Below are positions 28,201-36,327 of a DNA stretch of 64,000 bases, piece by piece. A program made the translations under genes and the position numbers. A model generated the notes under the pieces. That model searched no databases, was not told the origin of the DNA, and was given only the letters and a program-made list of their open reading frames with translations. Origin of the DNA: a virus. The DNA lies in IMG/VR virus record IMGVR_UViG_3300042881_006586. One strand, given 5' to 3'. Numbering within the stretch: the first letter of the stretch is position 1; every line of letters begins with the position of its first letter.

Positions 28201-28531
28201 AAAAACAGTAGTAAATATTATTTTAGCCCTAATAAAAGCTGATAAAAAAGCTGAAGCAAAAACATTAGCTAAAAATGGAATAAAAGATGCTACAATTAAA
28301 GCACAAGTTGAAAAATTACTGAACAGTAATACCCCTAAAGCAGACATGTTTACTCAAATGCAAAATATATGGAATACTATGAGTCAAGTAAGTGGAACTG
28401 CAAGTGCTTCAACTGAAAAGAAAAGTAGTGTTACTGATTTGGTTAATACAATGTTTAATAGAACAAGCACTGTAACAGAAGAAACTTTTTCTGAAAACTA
28501 CAAAAGAATGTTCGGATTGACTTTAGATTAA
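25232..28531 (+). CDS. Large internal head/ejection protein with membrane segments and peptidoglycan-binding domain
   Basis: Acidic Met-rich N-half with many (L/I)xE sites; hydrophobic helices after LIVE-GWNW; VQTALQSLG..GVDGKYGPATKAAI PG-binding motif. Confidence 0.65.
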   Translation: MDLSYFDKLIKEADSFLNGLDKDTIRLLNDNINRYQRFKKNFKLDKRSFYDYQSSLQYYDTLAKKTKSERKDVFQSIIRNAENELLYTKNNYWHERWREENRENLVEFLDFFENFYEQFSEGLKSFKGQLYENKKEMKILKQTTVGNLKRRLNESKGGFTLGQGFGSETRFKSNVNTNSIYNRKLDKNGGFGLGDGFTQLNEEEMVDFIANIVENMKGKTEYHNLKFVDRIANEKGLFESHAKNIKNIIKNDRTPYQLKLRKYLTENVAEEMSEIYEGYSGLMHESEMMVNEIKKTFNEMKSMKKTTNEAVAMTAEALDVPMEMVQKMVEIQKEAYETQMEGGQSMDITEKMCQVYEAYQNMSEGNMKPVYEELKEMMNPKEDPEEPPYGSLKGEKGYEGFDSDEGDEESQEDYEARQYDAYKRDYEDEERYNPLEEESCMECGDTDEDSYIEVELSSPKDFALLRMLGKGSMPMERPSMGMKGYSMGMKRPSMDDENMYEVPMDYSSNPYKKYKFDTGLSEIPYGKKKISSLEGEESTQGIDKGLYESVFGRKGFKISYCKKYMMIENEIYYVNTGKKVKNRVLVENLIVEGWNWIDYLQAGVSVVSIIFPGIGNGPLFLNGMVYFLRSYFTEGGDAMKAERYWNGILDIASALLPQVIGIVAATWRGAIAAAKTATTAAKVSSTTFRLVSEALQALVTYGGYIVKSILKFVSYGWVKWILGAKRWTAITTGIRAAYEMVKKWLQGIVTRAGAASAKVTEKLGMNAVKLGTKAEILVAKKGFTGFFESVINIASGKNVLRIVSGSEQALLKALKVKVGTKVMINGEKATVKAIGNDYVHILTKNGAQQINTLDFVNTAMKAPWMKSYVMKILAQPSAYKHGSMFLQAFAFGADGSASFDMSKLPAEAYPNLAEALAGINLDVELAGYEGESGEYTVKDEVTAVQTALQSLGKDLGGAGVDGKYGPATKAAINSAEEGIEAEPTTGTITVKTVVNIILALIKADKKAEAKTLAKNGIKDATIKAQVEKLLNSNTPKADMFTQMQNIWNTMSQVSGTASASTEKKSSVTDLVNTMFNRTSTVTEETFSENYKRMFGLTLD

Positions 28532-28552
28532 AATCTGATACAACTAAAAAAT

Positions 28553-28578
28553 AAAAGCGGTTCAAAAGACCGCTTTTA
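28553..28578. terminator. Bidirectional terminator
   Basis: AAAAGCGGT-TCAAAAG-ACCGCTTTT between convergent genes. Confidence 0.7.
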
Positions 28579-30997
28579 TTTTTTTATCCTCAATAGTAAC
28601 TTTTATTTCTTTAGGTTTATCCTCCAAAAGGACTTCAGCAATTATCAATTTGATTTCATCATTGATTTTTCTTTTGAAAGGTCTAAATCCGTATTCTATT
28701 GAATAATTTTCATCTAAAAGGAATTCTTTCACTTCATTGGAAATAACAAGCTCTACATCATGTTTTTTGACTTGGTTTTTGAGTTTATTCAATTCCATAT
28801 CTAAAAGGGTCATAATTGCTTCCTTAGAAAGAATATTAAAGTGAATGATATTATCTATCCTATTGATAAATTCGGGTTTAAATTGCTTTTTAACTTCTTT
28901 TTCAACAATAGATTGTTCATATTCCGCATTTTGTTTAGAATACCCAATAGATGACATATTTTTTATGGCATTTTTTGTGCCTACATTGGATGTCATTATT
29001 ATAATACTATTTTTGAAGCTAATAGTTTCACCTTTATTATCTGTTAATCTGCCTTCACCTAATACCTGCAAAAGGATATCAAATAGTTTCTCATGAGCTT
29101 TTTCTATCTCATCAAACAAAATGACCGAGAATGGGTTTCTTTTGACCTTTTCAGTCAATTGTCCGCCTTCTTCATATCCAATGTAACCTGCAGGTGCTCC
29201 AATGAGTTTAGAGACCTCATGCGATTGGCTGTATTCACTGCAATCAATTCTTATAAGACTACTTTCATTTCCTGAAAGAAATCTTGAAACTTCTTTTGTA
29301 AGTTCTGTTTTACCTACCCCTGAATACCCAATAAACAAGAATGAGCCGATAGGCTTTTCATTATCATCGAGTTCAAGTTTGTTAAGCATTACAGTTTTCA
29401 CTATAGAATTTACAGCATTCTCTTGACCAATAATTTTTTTCTCAAGATGTTGTTTCAATCCTTTTACATCTAATCCTTTATCAGTTATAGGAATTTTAGT
29501 TATTTCTTGGATGATTGATTTTACATCTGCAACATCAATAACGACTTGCTCATTTTTTTCTTTATTTTGAATTTCTCTTTCAGCTTTTATTTTTGATAGA
29601 ATCTTATTGGATTCTTTTTTGATATCTTCAGCCAAATGGTAACTTCTATATTTTATAATATCAATTTTTTTATCTTCAATTTTTTTATATTCCTCTTGAA
29701 GTTTTATTATATTTGAAACACCATATTTTGATAATCTTTTTTTAGCTGCCACATCATCCAAAATATCAATAGCTTTATCAGGAAGTGTCCTATAAGGCAT
29801 GTACTTATGGCTTAGTTCTACACAGGCAATAATAGCTTCATTTGTAAATTCAACATTGTGAGCAGATTCATAAGAAGCTTTTATATTATTAAGAATTCTG
29901 ATTGCATCCTCAACACTTGGTTCTTCAATAGTAATTTCTGAAAATCTTCTTACTAAAGCTTTATCTTTTTCAATATACTTTTTGTATTCTGAAGTAGTGG
30001 TTGCTCCAATGATTTGAAAGCCTTTTCTTGCAAGATAAGGTTTGAGTATATTTGATAGGTCACCTGAACTTTCTGAAGCTCCTGCTCCAACAATATTATG
30101 AATTTCATCTATAAAAAGTATTGCATTTTCATTTTCAGCAAGTTCTTCCAATATAGCTTGAATACGTTCTTCAAACATCCCCCTGTATTTTGTACCTGCT
30201 ACCAATGAATTTATATCCAAAGAATAAATTATTTTATTCAAAAGATTTTTAGGAGCATTCCCTCTTACAATGCTCACAGCAAGCCCTTCAACAAGATTTG
30301 TTTTACCAACACCTTCTCTACCAATTAATATCGCATTTCTTTTTTTGGTTCTTGTGAGAATTCTGTATAATTCATTTAGTTTATCTTCTCGACCAAAGCA
30401 AGTATCAATTTTATTTTGACTTGCCAAAGTAGTAAAATTGATACAATATTTTTCTAAATTTTGATTTTTATTATTTTGAGTAGATGGTTTACCAACTCTG
30501 ATAGAATATACTTCTGCATATTCTAATTCATCATCAATATCACTGTTATAATAATCTGATTCTAATTCAATTGAGATTTCTTCAAATTTTGTATGTTCAA
30601 TATGATAATCTTTAAAAATTTCAGTCAATTCATTATCAATTTGTAAACAAGAGAGGAAAATGTCTATAATAGTAACTTCGTCTTTTCCTTCTATAGCAGT
30701 CGGATTTTCTAAAGAAAAATCTAAAATTTCCTGTAATTCTTTACTATTCTTTATTGATTTAGGTTTAGTTTCTTGAGGAACAACATTTTCACTTCTTATA
30801 ATTTCAACGCTATCCGTAAGTAAATCGATATCAATATTCAATTCTTCTAAAACTCCTGTGACAATATTATATCTTCTATCATTTAAAATTGCGAAAATTA
30901 AATGTGAGACTCTTATCTCTTTATCTTTATCTTTTACCCTTGCATAGTTCTCAGCTTTCTTTAGACAACTATCCGCTACGTCATCAAATTTTTTCAT
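28562..30997 (-). CDS. clpC: ClpC-type Hsp100 AAA+ chaperone
   Basis: Clp-N domain, GREGVGKT/LFIDEIH, LPDKAID, GYSGVGKT/LFDEIEKAH, SIGY ClpP-docking-like loop. Confidence 0.93.
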   Translation of the reverse strand: MKKFDDVADSCLKKAENYARVKDKDKEIRVSHLIFAILNDRRYNIVTGVLEELNIDIDLLTDSVEIIRSENVVPQETKPKSIKNSKELQEILDFSLENPTAIEGKDEVTIIDIFLSCLQIDNELTEIFKDYHIEHTKFEEISIELESDYYNSDIDDELEYAEVYSIRVGKPSTQNNKNQNLEKYCINFTTLASQNKIDTCFGREDKLNELYRILTRTKKRNAILIGREGVGKTNLVEGLAVSIVRGNAPKNLLNKIIYSLDINSLVAGTKYRGMFEERIQAILEELAENENAILFIDEIHNIVGAGASESSGDLSNILKPYLARKGFQIIGATTTSEYKKYIEKDKALVRRFSEITIEEPSVEDAIRILNNIKASYESAHNVEFTNEAIIACVELSHKYMPYRTLPDKAIDILDDVAAKKRLSKYGVSNIIKLQEEYKKIEDKKIDIIKYRSYHLAEDIKKESNKILSKIKAEREIQNKEKNEQVVIDVADVKSIIQEITKIPITDKGLDVKGLKQHLEKKIIGQENAVNSIVKTVMLNKLELDDNEKPIGSFLFIGYSGVGKTELTKEVSRFLSGNESSLIRIDCSEYSQSHEVSKLIGAPAGYIGYEEGGQLTEKVKRNPFSVILFDEIEKAHEKLFDILLQVLGEGRLTDNKGETISFKNSIIIMTSNVGTKNAIKNMSSIGYSKQNAEYEQSIVEKEVKKQFKPEFINRIDNIIHFNILSKEAIMTLLDMELNKLKNQVKKHDVELVISNEVKEFLLDENYSIEYGFRPFKRKINDEIKLIIAEVLLEDKPKEIKVTIEDKKIKAVF

Positions 30998-31010
30998 AAG
31001 CCTCTTTTTA

Positions 31011-31051
31011 TATAAATAGTTGTTTTCTGAATATTATTTGATATATTTATA
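31011..31051. promoter_or_regulatory. Divergent pair of TATTTATA motifs (clpC and KTSC-LRR)
   Basis: TATAAATA 31011-31018 (minus-strand TATTTATA) and TATTTATA 31044-31051. Confidence 0.75.
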
Positions 31052-31060
31052 ATAAAAAAT

Positions 31061-31366
31061 ATGTTATTATTAGAAGAAAAAGTAGACAATGGAAGCGTAT
31101 GTTATTTCGATTCCTCTAATATTCATGCATGTAAGTATAATAATGATACTAATCAGCTTGCAATAATTTTTAAGGGTGGAATACAATATGTTTACGAAAA
31201 TATAACAAATTATAACTTTCAAAGGTTAAAAGTTGCCGAAAGTCAAGGAAAACACTTTAGAGGTTACATAAAAGATAAATTCAAATTTGCAAAAGTTGAA
31301 GGTAAAGTTGATATGGAAAATATTTTAACTTTGATTGAACAGTTAAAGAAAAAACAATCTAAATAA
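31061..31366 (+). CDS. KTSC domain protein
   Basis: DSSNI...Y......L.I.FK.G..Y.Y......AESQGKHF...IK pattern. Confidence 0.8.
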   Translation: MLLLEEKVDNGSVCYFDSSNIHACKYNNDTNQLAIIFKGGIQYVYENITNYNFQRLKVAESQGKHFRGYIKDKFKFAKVEGKVDMENILTLIEQLKKKQSK

Positions 31367-32010
31367 TGGATATAAATAAATTAAATGATAGAATGTTGAA
31401 TTTATCTGAAAAAGGTTTCTTTAAGGCAAATTTAATGGAAGCTAAAAATTCCAATGACAGCACTCATTTTCTTTTGAAATTAATAGATTCTGCAAATGAA
31501 GATTTAATTGATGTTATTGAATTTTTTGTCAAAAAGGAGAATATTGATATTCAAAAATTGTTGAATCAAAGTTATGAAAATCTTTTTGATTTTTTTAATG
31601 AAAGTGAAATAAATTTAAAATCTTTAATAAAAATTTTAAATTCTGATATAGTTCGTTTGGATTCCAAAAGAATCACTTCAATTCCTAATGAGATTTCTAA
31701 ATTGAAAAAAATGAAATCTTTGAATTTGGATAACAATAAAATTAAAAAGCTTCCTGAGAATATAAGCAAATTGTCGAAATTAGAAAAGCTTTCTTTGGCT
31801 AATAATCAAATAAAACAAATTCCATCTTCAATAGTAAAAATTTTAAATTTGAGTTATTTAGATTTATCCAATAATGATTTAGAATCCTTACCTAATAATA
31901 TCGATATGTTAAAAGGATTATCTTTATTAGATTTAAGAGGAAATAATTTTTCAAAAGAAGAACAAAAGCGAATAAAGAAGATATTTAAATCAATTAAAGT
32001 CATTTTTTAA
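31366..32010 (+). CDS. Leucine-rich repeat protein
   Basis: Four to five 23-aa LxxLxLxxNxIxxLP repeats. Confidence 0.88.
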   Translation: MDINKLNDRMLNLSEKGFFKANLMEAKNSNDSTHFLLKLIDSANEDLIDVIEFFVKKENIDIQKLLNQSYENLFDFFNESEINLKSLIKILNSDIVRLDSKRITSIPNEISKLKKMKSLNLDNNKIKKLPENISKLSKLEKLSLANNQIKQIPSSIVKILNLSYLDLSNNDLESLPNNIDMLKGLSLLDLRGNNFSKEEQKRIKKIFKSIKVIF

Positions 32011-32029
32011 GATATTTATATTAAAAATA

Positions 32030-33034
32030 ATGAAAATAAAAGTCAACGAAGATACTTTTAAAGCTTTAAGAAGAAAAAGGCTTGAAGAGGATTACGATTT
32101 ATCTGTATTTCAGATGAAAGATACATTATGTCCTGATATCTTTGATGCTAACGAAAAAATGATTCCTGAAGTAAGAAAAAATCTTTTAAAAATAGCTGAA
32201 GATTTTTATAAATATTTAGCGGTTGAGTGGGTGAAGTATGAAGACATAATCCTTACAGGTTCTTTGGCTAATTACAATTGGTCTAATTTATCTGATTTAG
32301 ATTTACATGTAATTCTTCCATTTGAAGAAATAACAAAAAATAAAGAATTAGCTGATAATTATGCCTATGCTCAAAAGGAGCTTTGGAATGATAGACATGA
32401 TATCAATATAAAAAATTTCCCTGTGGAATTATATGCACAAGATTCTGAAGGGACTTTGGTTGCAGGTGGAATTTATTCGGTTCTATATGATAAATGGATA
32501 AAAAAACCTGAAAGAACTACTTTACGTTTTGATGAAGCATTGATTCAAAAGTTAATAAATTTCTTTCAAGATAAAATTGATGGTTTGTATAAAAAATATA
32601 CAATGGGAAATTTGAATGGTTTATTGGATGAAATTGATGCCATCAAAAAAGCAATAGCTGATATGAGGCAAAAAGGATTGAATGAGAAAGGAGAATTTTC
32701 TTCGGGAAATATTGCATTCAAAAGTTTGAGAAGAATGGGTCTTTTGGAAAAATTGGGAGATATGAAAGCGGATGCTTATGACAAAGAGATGTCTTACGGT
32801 GAAAAAGAAAAAGTTCAACCTGTTCAATCAAATAAACCTGCATTTGAACCAATAAATGAACCTAAAGAAGATAAAAGGATTCAACAAGGTGCAGGAAGAT
32901 ATTCTATTTTTGGAAGAAGATTTACTTCTTTAAGACAGGCAGAACGTAAACTTGGAATACCAAAATCTACGCTTCAATATAGAGTAAAATCAGATTCTCC
33001 TGAATTTTCTCAATATAAAGAGCTTCCAATATAA
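32030..33034 (+). CDS. Pol-beta-type nucleotidyltransferase with leader and C-terminal NUMOD1-like HTH
   Basis: LTGSLANYNWS..SDLDLH, VELYAQD; C-terminal FTSLRQAERKLGIPKSTLQYR. Confidence 0.75.
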   Translation: MKIKVNEDTFKALRRKRLEEDYDLSVFQMKDTLCPDIFDANEKMIPEVRKNLLKIAEDFYKYLAVEWVKYEDIILTGSLANYNWSNLSDLDLHVILPFEEITKNKELADNYAYAQKELWNDRHDINIKNFPVELYAQDSEGTLVAGGIYSVLYDKWIKKPERTTLRFDEALIQKLINFFQDKIDGLYKKYTMGNLNGLLDEIDAIKKAIADMRQKGLNEKGEFSSGNIAFKSLRRMGLLEKLGDMKADAYDKEMSYGEKEKVQPVQSNKPAFEPINEPKEDKRIQQGAGRYSIFGRRFTSLRQAERKLGIPKSTLQYRVKSDSPEFSQYKELPI

Positions 33035-33083
33035 TAAAAATTAAATATTTCAATAAATTAATATATTTATAATAAAAAATAGT

Positions 33084-33323
33084 ATGGCTATTAAAGAACC
33101 TTGGAATATATACGGAGGATATCCTATAAATTGTACATGTGAAAATATTAGTGCGGTTGCTGATAGTGGTTCATGGACTAATGTTAGTGGTAATTCAATA
33201 GATTATACATACATTGGCAACAATGTTGAAACTGCAGAATATAAAACTAACGGTGTTACGATTTTCACTCAAACATTTGCATATGATGGAAATAACAATG
33301 TGATAAGTATTACAACAACTTAA
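33084..33323 (+). CDS. Small late (structural) protein
   Basis: Late motif upstream; beta-rich. Confidence 0.6.
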   Translation: MAIKEPWNIYGGYPINCTCENISAVADSGSWTNVSGNSIDYTYIGNNVETAEYKTNGVTIFTQTFAYDGNNNVISITTT

Positions 33324-33324
33324 A

Positions 33325-33753
33325 ATGAGTAGATGTACACAACCAACCGTAACTGATACTATAATTTGTGCTAAAGTGTGTTATCAACAATTTAATGATA
33401 ATCCTTTAGCAAAATTTTTGTTTAATGATTATGTTCTTGTGGATGATTCTACTTATTATGATGCCAATCTTATTTCTTTGAGAGAAATTCGTTGGAAGGT
33501 TTTTGTAGGCGATTATTTTTTTTATGATTTTGGGTGGAACAATGTTACAGATATTGTTTTGAGTTTAGGGAACGGTTCTACTTACGGTCAATTAGATTTA
33601 GGATTTCAAAATCAAGACATAATAACTTTTTTTGAATCTTTACCATCAACTCAAGTCCCTGTAGGAACAAAGTTTTGCATGCAATTGGATGTTAGAGATA
33701 ATTCAGGAGTTGAAAGTAACAATATATCAAATACTTATTGCTTTATAAAATAA
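33325..33753 (+). CDS. Hypothetical structural protein
   Basis: In operon with 33084; Cys-containing beta-rich protein. Confidence 0.6.
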   Translation: MSRCTQPTVTDTIICAKVCYQQFNDNPLAKFLFNDYVLVDDSTYYDANLISLREIRWKVFVGDYFFYDFGWNNVTDIVLSLGNGSTYGQLDLGFQNQDIITFFESLPSTQVPVGTKFCMQLDVRDNSGVESNNISNTYCFIK

Positions 33754-33762
33754 TTTAAAAAT

Positions 33763-35361
33763 ATGATATTAAAAGGAAATGATGCTTTAGAAAAAGCTAA
33801 CAAAATGATGGAATCTCTTAATGTTTCACAGAAAGTGGATTCTTTTTCTAATGTAGAAAAAACTTTTTCTGCATATAATGGAAAACGTTATGGCATCGTA
33901 AAAGAAGGAACAAAATATATTATCAAAGAAGCAGTTGTTAAGAATGCTAAAAATCCGAATGATTTTGCATATATTGATGGAGTTCAAAACAAATCAAAAT
34001 ATTCAAAAAATACTTTGTTGGAAGCAGAAAGAACTTTGAATCTTTGGAATATTGAATTCAGTCGTGTTTATGGCACTTCTTTGATTAAAGAGCAAGAAGA
34101 AATGCCTGAAGATGAAGAGCCTACAAAAAAGACTGTATTAAAAGTTCCTGCTAAAAAAAGTGCTGCACCTGCAATGGATATGCCTCCTATGGATATGGCA
34201 GCTCCTGCGCCTGATGCAACTGCTCCTATGGATGCTCCTATGGATGCTCCTGCTGAAGAGATGCCAACAGATATGCCTCCGATGCCTGCAGGTGAAGAAG
34301 GTGCTGAACCAATGCCTGAAGAAGGTGATGAAGATGAAGAATCGGGTGTAGACCCTAAGAAATCTATTCAAAAACTCGCAGGTAAGTTGGCTTATGAATT
34401 AAGAGAATTTGAAGGTGAAGACGAAGATTATAGCGATATATATAAATTTGCAACTTCAATGGTTATATCTGCTGCAGATGCGGATAAAATTACTGAAAAG
34501 GATAAAAAGGCTATCAAGAATAAAGTCGAAAAAAGCTTGACAGTTGATGAGGAAGATACACTTCCTGAAGATGAAACTGAGGAAATGCCTGAAGAAAGTG
34601 AAGAAATGCCTGCAGATGAAGAAGGTGCTGAACCAATGCCTGAAGAAGGAATGGAAAAAACTTTGGCTGAAGCTTTGAAAAGAATCAAAAAAGCTAAAGC
34701 AGGATTATCTAAGTCGCAAAAAATACATTTTGATAAAAATGGTGATAACAAAATCACTCCAATAGATTTGAAAATGTTGCGTAAAGGCAAAAAGGAAGAA
34801 TCTGTAGAAATGCCTATGAATGAAGGTTTGAAAGGAAAACCTATCAGTGCTTGGATTAAAGATTTTATGGATTCAAAAAATCCTAAATTCAAAGGGAAAT
34901 CTAAAAAGAAAAGAAGAGAAATGGCTATCGCTGCATTTCTTGAACATGAAAGAAGTCAAGGGAAAGATAGTTCTGTTACCTATGTGAAAGGAAAAAAATC
35001 TAAAGGTAAAAAATCTTTGAAAGAAGGTAGCGATTATGGAATGCCTATGGAAGCAGATTATATGGCTGAAGATAATTTTAAATTTGATGAAGGGAAAAAG
35101 AAAGATAAACTTCTTTTGGATAAAGAATATATGTCTGAAGAAGATGTATATGAAGCTTATATGATGTCTGAAGAAGAATATATGATGTCTGAAGAAGAAT
35201 ATATGATGAATGAAGATGAATATATGATGTCTGAAGAAGAATATATGATGAATGAAGATGAATATATGATGAATGAAGATGAATATATGATGAATGAAGA
35301 TGAAGATTTGATGGAAGATGATTTTACTTTTGAAATGGATTATAGTCAAAAAAAAAAGTAG
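33763..35361 (+). CDS. Acidic Met/Pro-rich head (core) protein, possibly extended by -1 slippage to 35525
   Basis: (L/I)xE sites, EF-hand-like DKNGDNKITPID, EYMM(S/N)E repeats, ends A10-G-TAG. Confidence 0.75.
   Translation: MILKGNDALEKANKMMESLNVSQKVDSFSNVEKTFSAYNGKRYGIVKEGTKYIIKEAVVKNAKNPNDFAYIDGVQNKSKYSKNTLLEAERTLNLWNIEFSRVYGTSLIKEQEEMPEDEEPTKKTVLKVPAKKSAAPAMDMPPMDMAAPAPDATAPMDAPMDAPAEEMPTDMPPMPAGEEGAEPMPEEGDEDEESGVDPKKSIQKLAGKLAYELREFEGEDEDYSDIYKFATSMVISAADADKITEKDKKAIKNKVEKSLTVDEEDTLPEDETEEMPEESEEMPADEEGAEPMPEEGMEKTLAEALKRIKKAKAGLSKSQKIHFDKNGDNKITPIDLKMLRKGKKEESVEMPMNEGLKGKPISAWIKDFMDSKNPKFKGKSKKKRREMAIAAFLEHERSQGKDSSVTYVKGKKSKGKKSLKEGSDYGMPMEADYMAEDNFKFDEGKKKDKLLLDKEYMSEEDVYEAYMMSEEEYMMSEEEYMMNEDEYMMSEEEYMMNEDEYMMNEDEYMMNEDEDLMEDDFTFEMDYSQKKK
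35125..35306 (+). repeat. 21-bp coding tandem repeat (EYMM[S/N]E[E/D])
   Basis: GAATATATGATG(TCT/AAT)GAAGA(A/T) repeated. Confidence 0.9.
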
Positions 35362-35525
35362 TTCCTCCGAAATATGATGGAGTTTTCACTGAAAAAGTTC
35401 CTGTTCCTAAGAATAAAAAAAGTTTGACAAGAGCTCCTGATGGGACAATAATTGGGAGAGAGTATGGAGATGATGATTATTATTTGAAGGTCAGTCCTAA
35501 TAAGTTCAAAATGTTTAACACATGA
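35348..35525 (+). other. Slippery A10 site and -1 frame extension (~55 codons)
   Basis: A_AAA_AAG_TAG; the -1 frame is open to TGA 35523-35525, which overlaps the next ATG. Confidence 0.7.
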
Positions 35526-35938
35526 AATTAGTTTTTGTAAATTTTGTAGGAAGCAATTTTAGAGGTGATAATTTATATGAATTTTTATTTTCTTCTGAAG
35601 ATTTAAGTAATGTTACAGGTGAAGATTGGGATTCTTATCCTGCAAATGGAAATCCAAGACCTCCTATTGATTTTGTAGAGCAGGCATATAAATTAGAAAC
35701 TGAAAATGAATTTGAATTAATACAGAATCATGTTTCATTTGATATGAGCGATTGTAAACAAGGAATCATTGCAATAGCATGGGAAGCTGAAAAAGACGAA
35801 TCTATTTTTGATAAAAGATTATTTTTTAAATTCGGTGAAACTTTAGATAGCGTGAAATCAAAATTATACGAAAAAGATTTATTTATAGAAAAAATATATG
35901 GAAAAGAAAAACAATCTACTGATAGAACAAGCGATTAA
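35522..35938 (+). CDS. Hypothetical protein
   Basis: 138-aa ORF in late operon. Confidence 0.75.
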   Translation: MKLVFVNFVGSNFRGDNLYEFLFSSEDLSNVTGEDWDSYPANGNPRPPIDFVEQAYKLETENEFELIQNHVSFDMSDCKQGIIAIAWEAEKDESIFDKRLFFKFGETLDSVKSKLYEKDLFIEKIYGKEKQSTDRTSD

Positions 35939-36245
35939 AAAAGCTTATTTGAAGGAGAATGAAGAAAAATCTTCAAAAGCTCCAAAAGAACCTCATATGG
36001 AATGTGATGAAATGGTTGATAAGATTTCAAAAGATTTAATGAAATTACAAGAAATTTTAAAGAAAATGAAAATCAAGAAAGATTCTCCACCAATGAAAGA
36101 TGTTCGAGAAATGTATAATGTTATTTCTAATTTTAAACCATCCAACGCAAATCTTAAAGAATATGTAGAAATGAATACTCAAGAAGCTGCTAATGCAATG
36201 GTAAAGGAATCTAAAAACAAAAAACGTTATTACAGAGTAGATTAA
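35898..36245 (+). CDS. Hypothetical protein with leader-like N-terminus
   Basis: LLIEQAIKKAYLKE. Confidence 0.7.
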   Translation: MEKKNNLLIEQAIKKAYLKENEEKSSKAPKEPHMECDEMVDKISKDLMKLQEILKKMKIKKDSPPMKDVREMYNVISNFKPSNANLKEYVEMNTQEAANAMVKESKNKKRYYRVD

Positions 36246-36265
36246 TAAAAATAAGATAATAATGA

Positions 36266-36297
36266 TAAGGAGATTTTGAAAATAAATCTCCTTTTTT
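36266..36297 (+). terminator. Intrinsic terminator
   Basis: AAGGAGATTT...AAATCTCCTTTTTT. Confidence 0.75.
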
Positions 36298-36307
36298 GTT
36301 TTTAAGA

Positions 36308-36315
36308 TATTTATA
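36308..36315 (+). promoter_or_regulatory. TATTTATA putative late promoter (terminase); one of about 24
   Basis: Conserved sense-strand motif upstream of structural genes. Confidence 0.75.
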
Positions 36316-36327
36316 AGAAATATTGAT

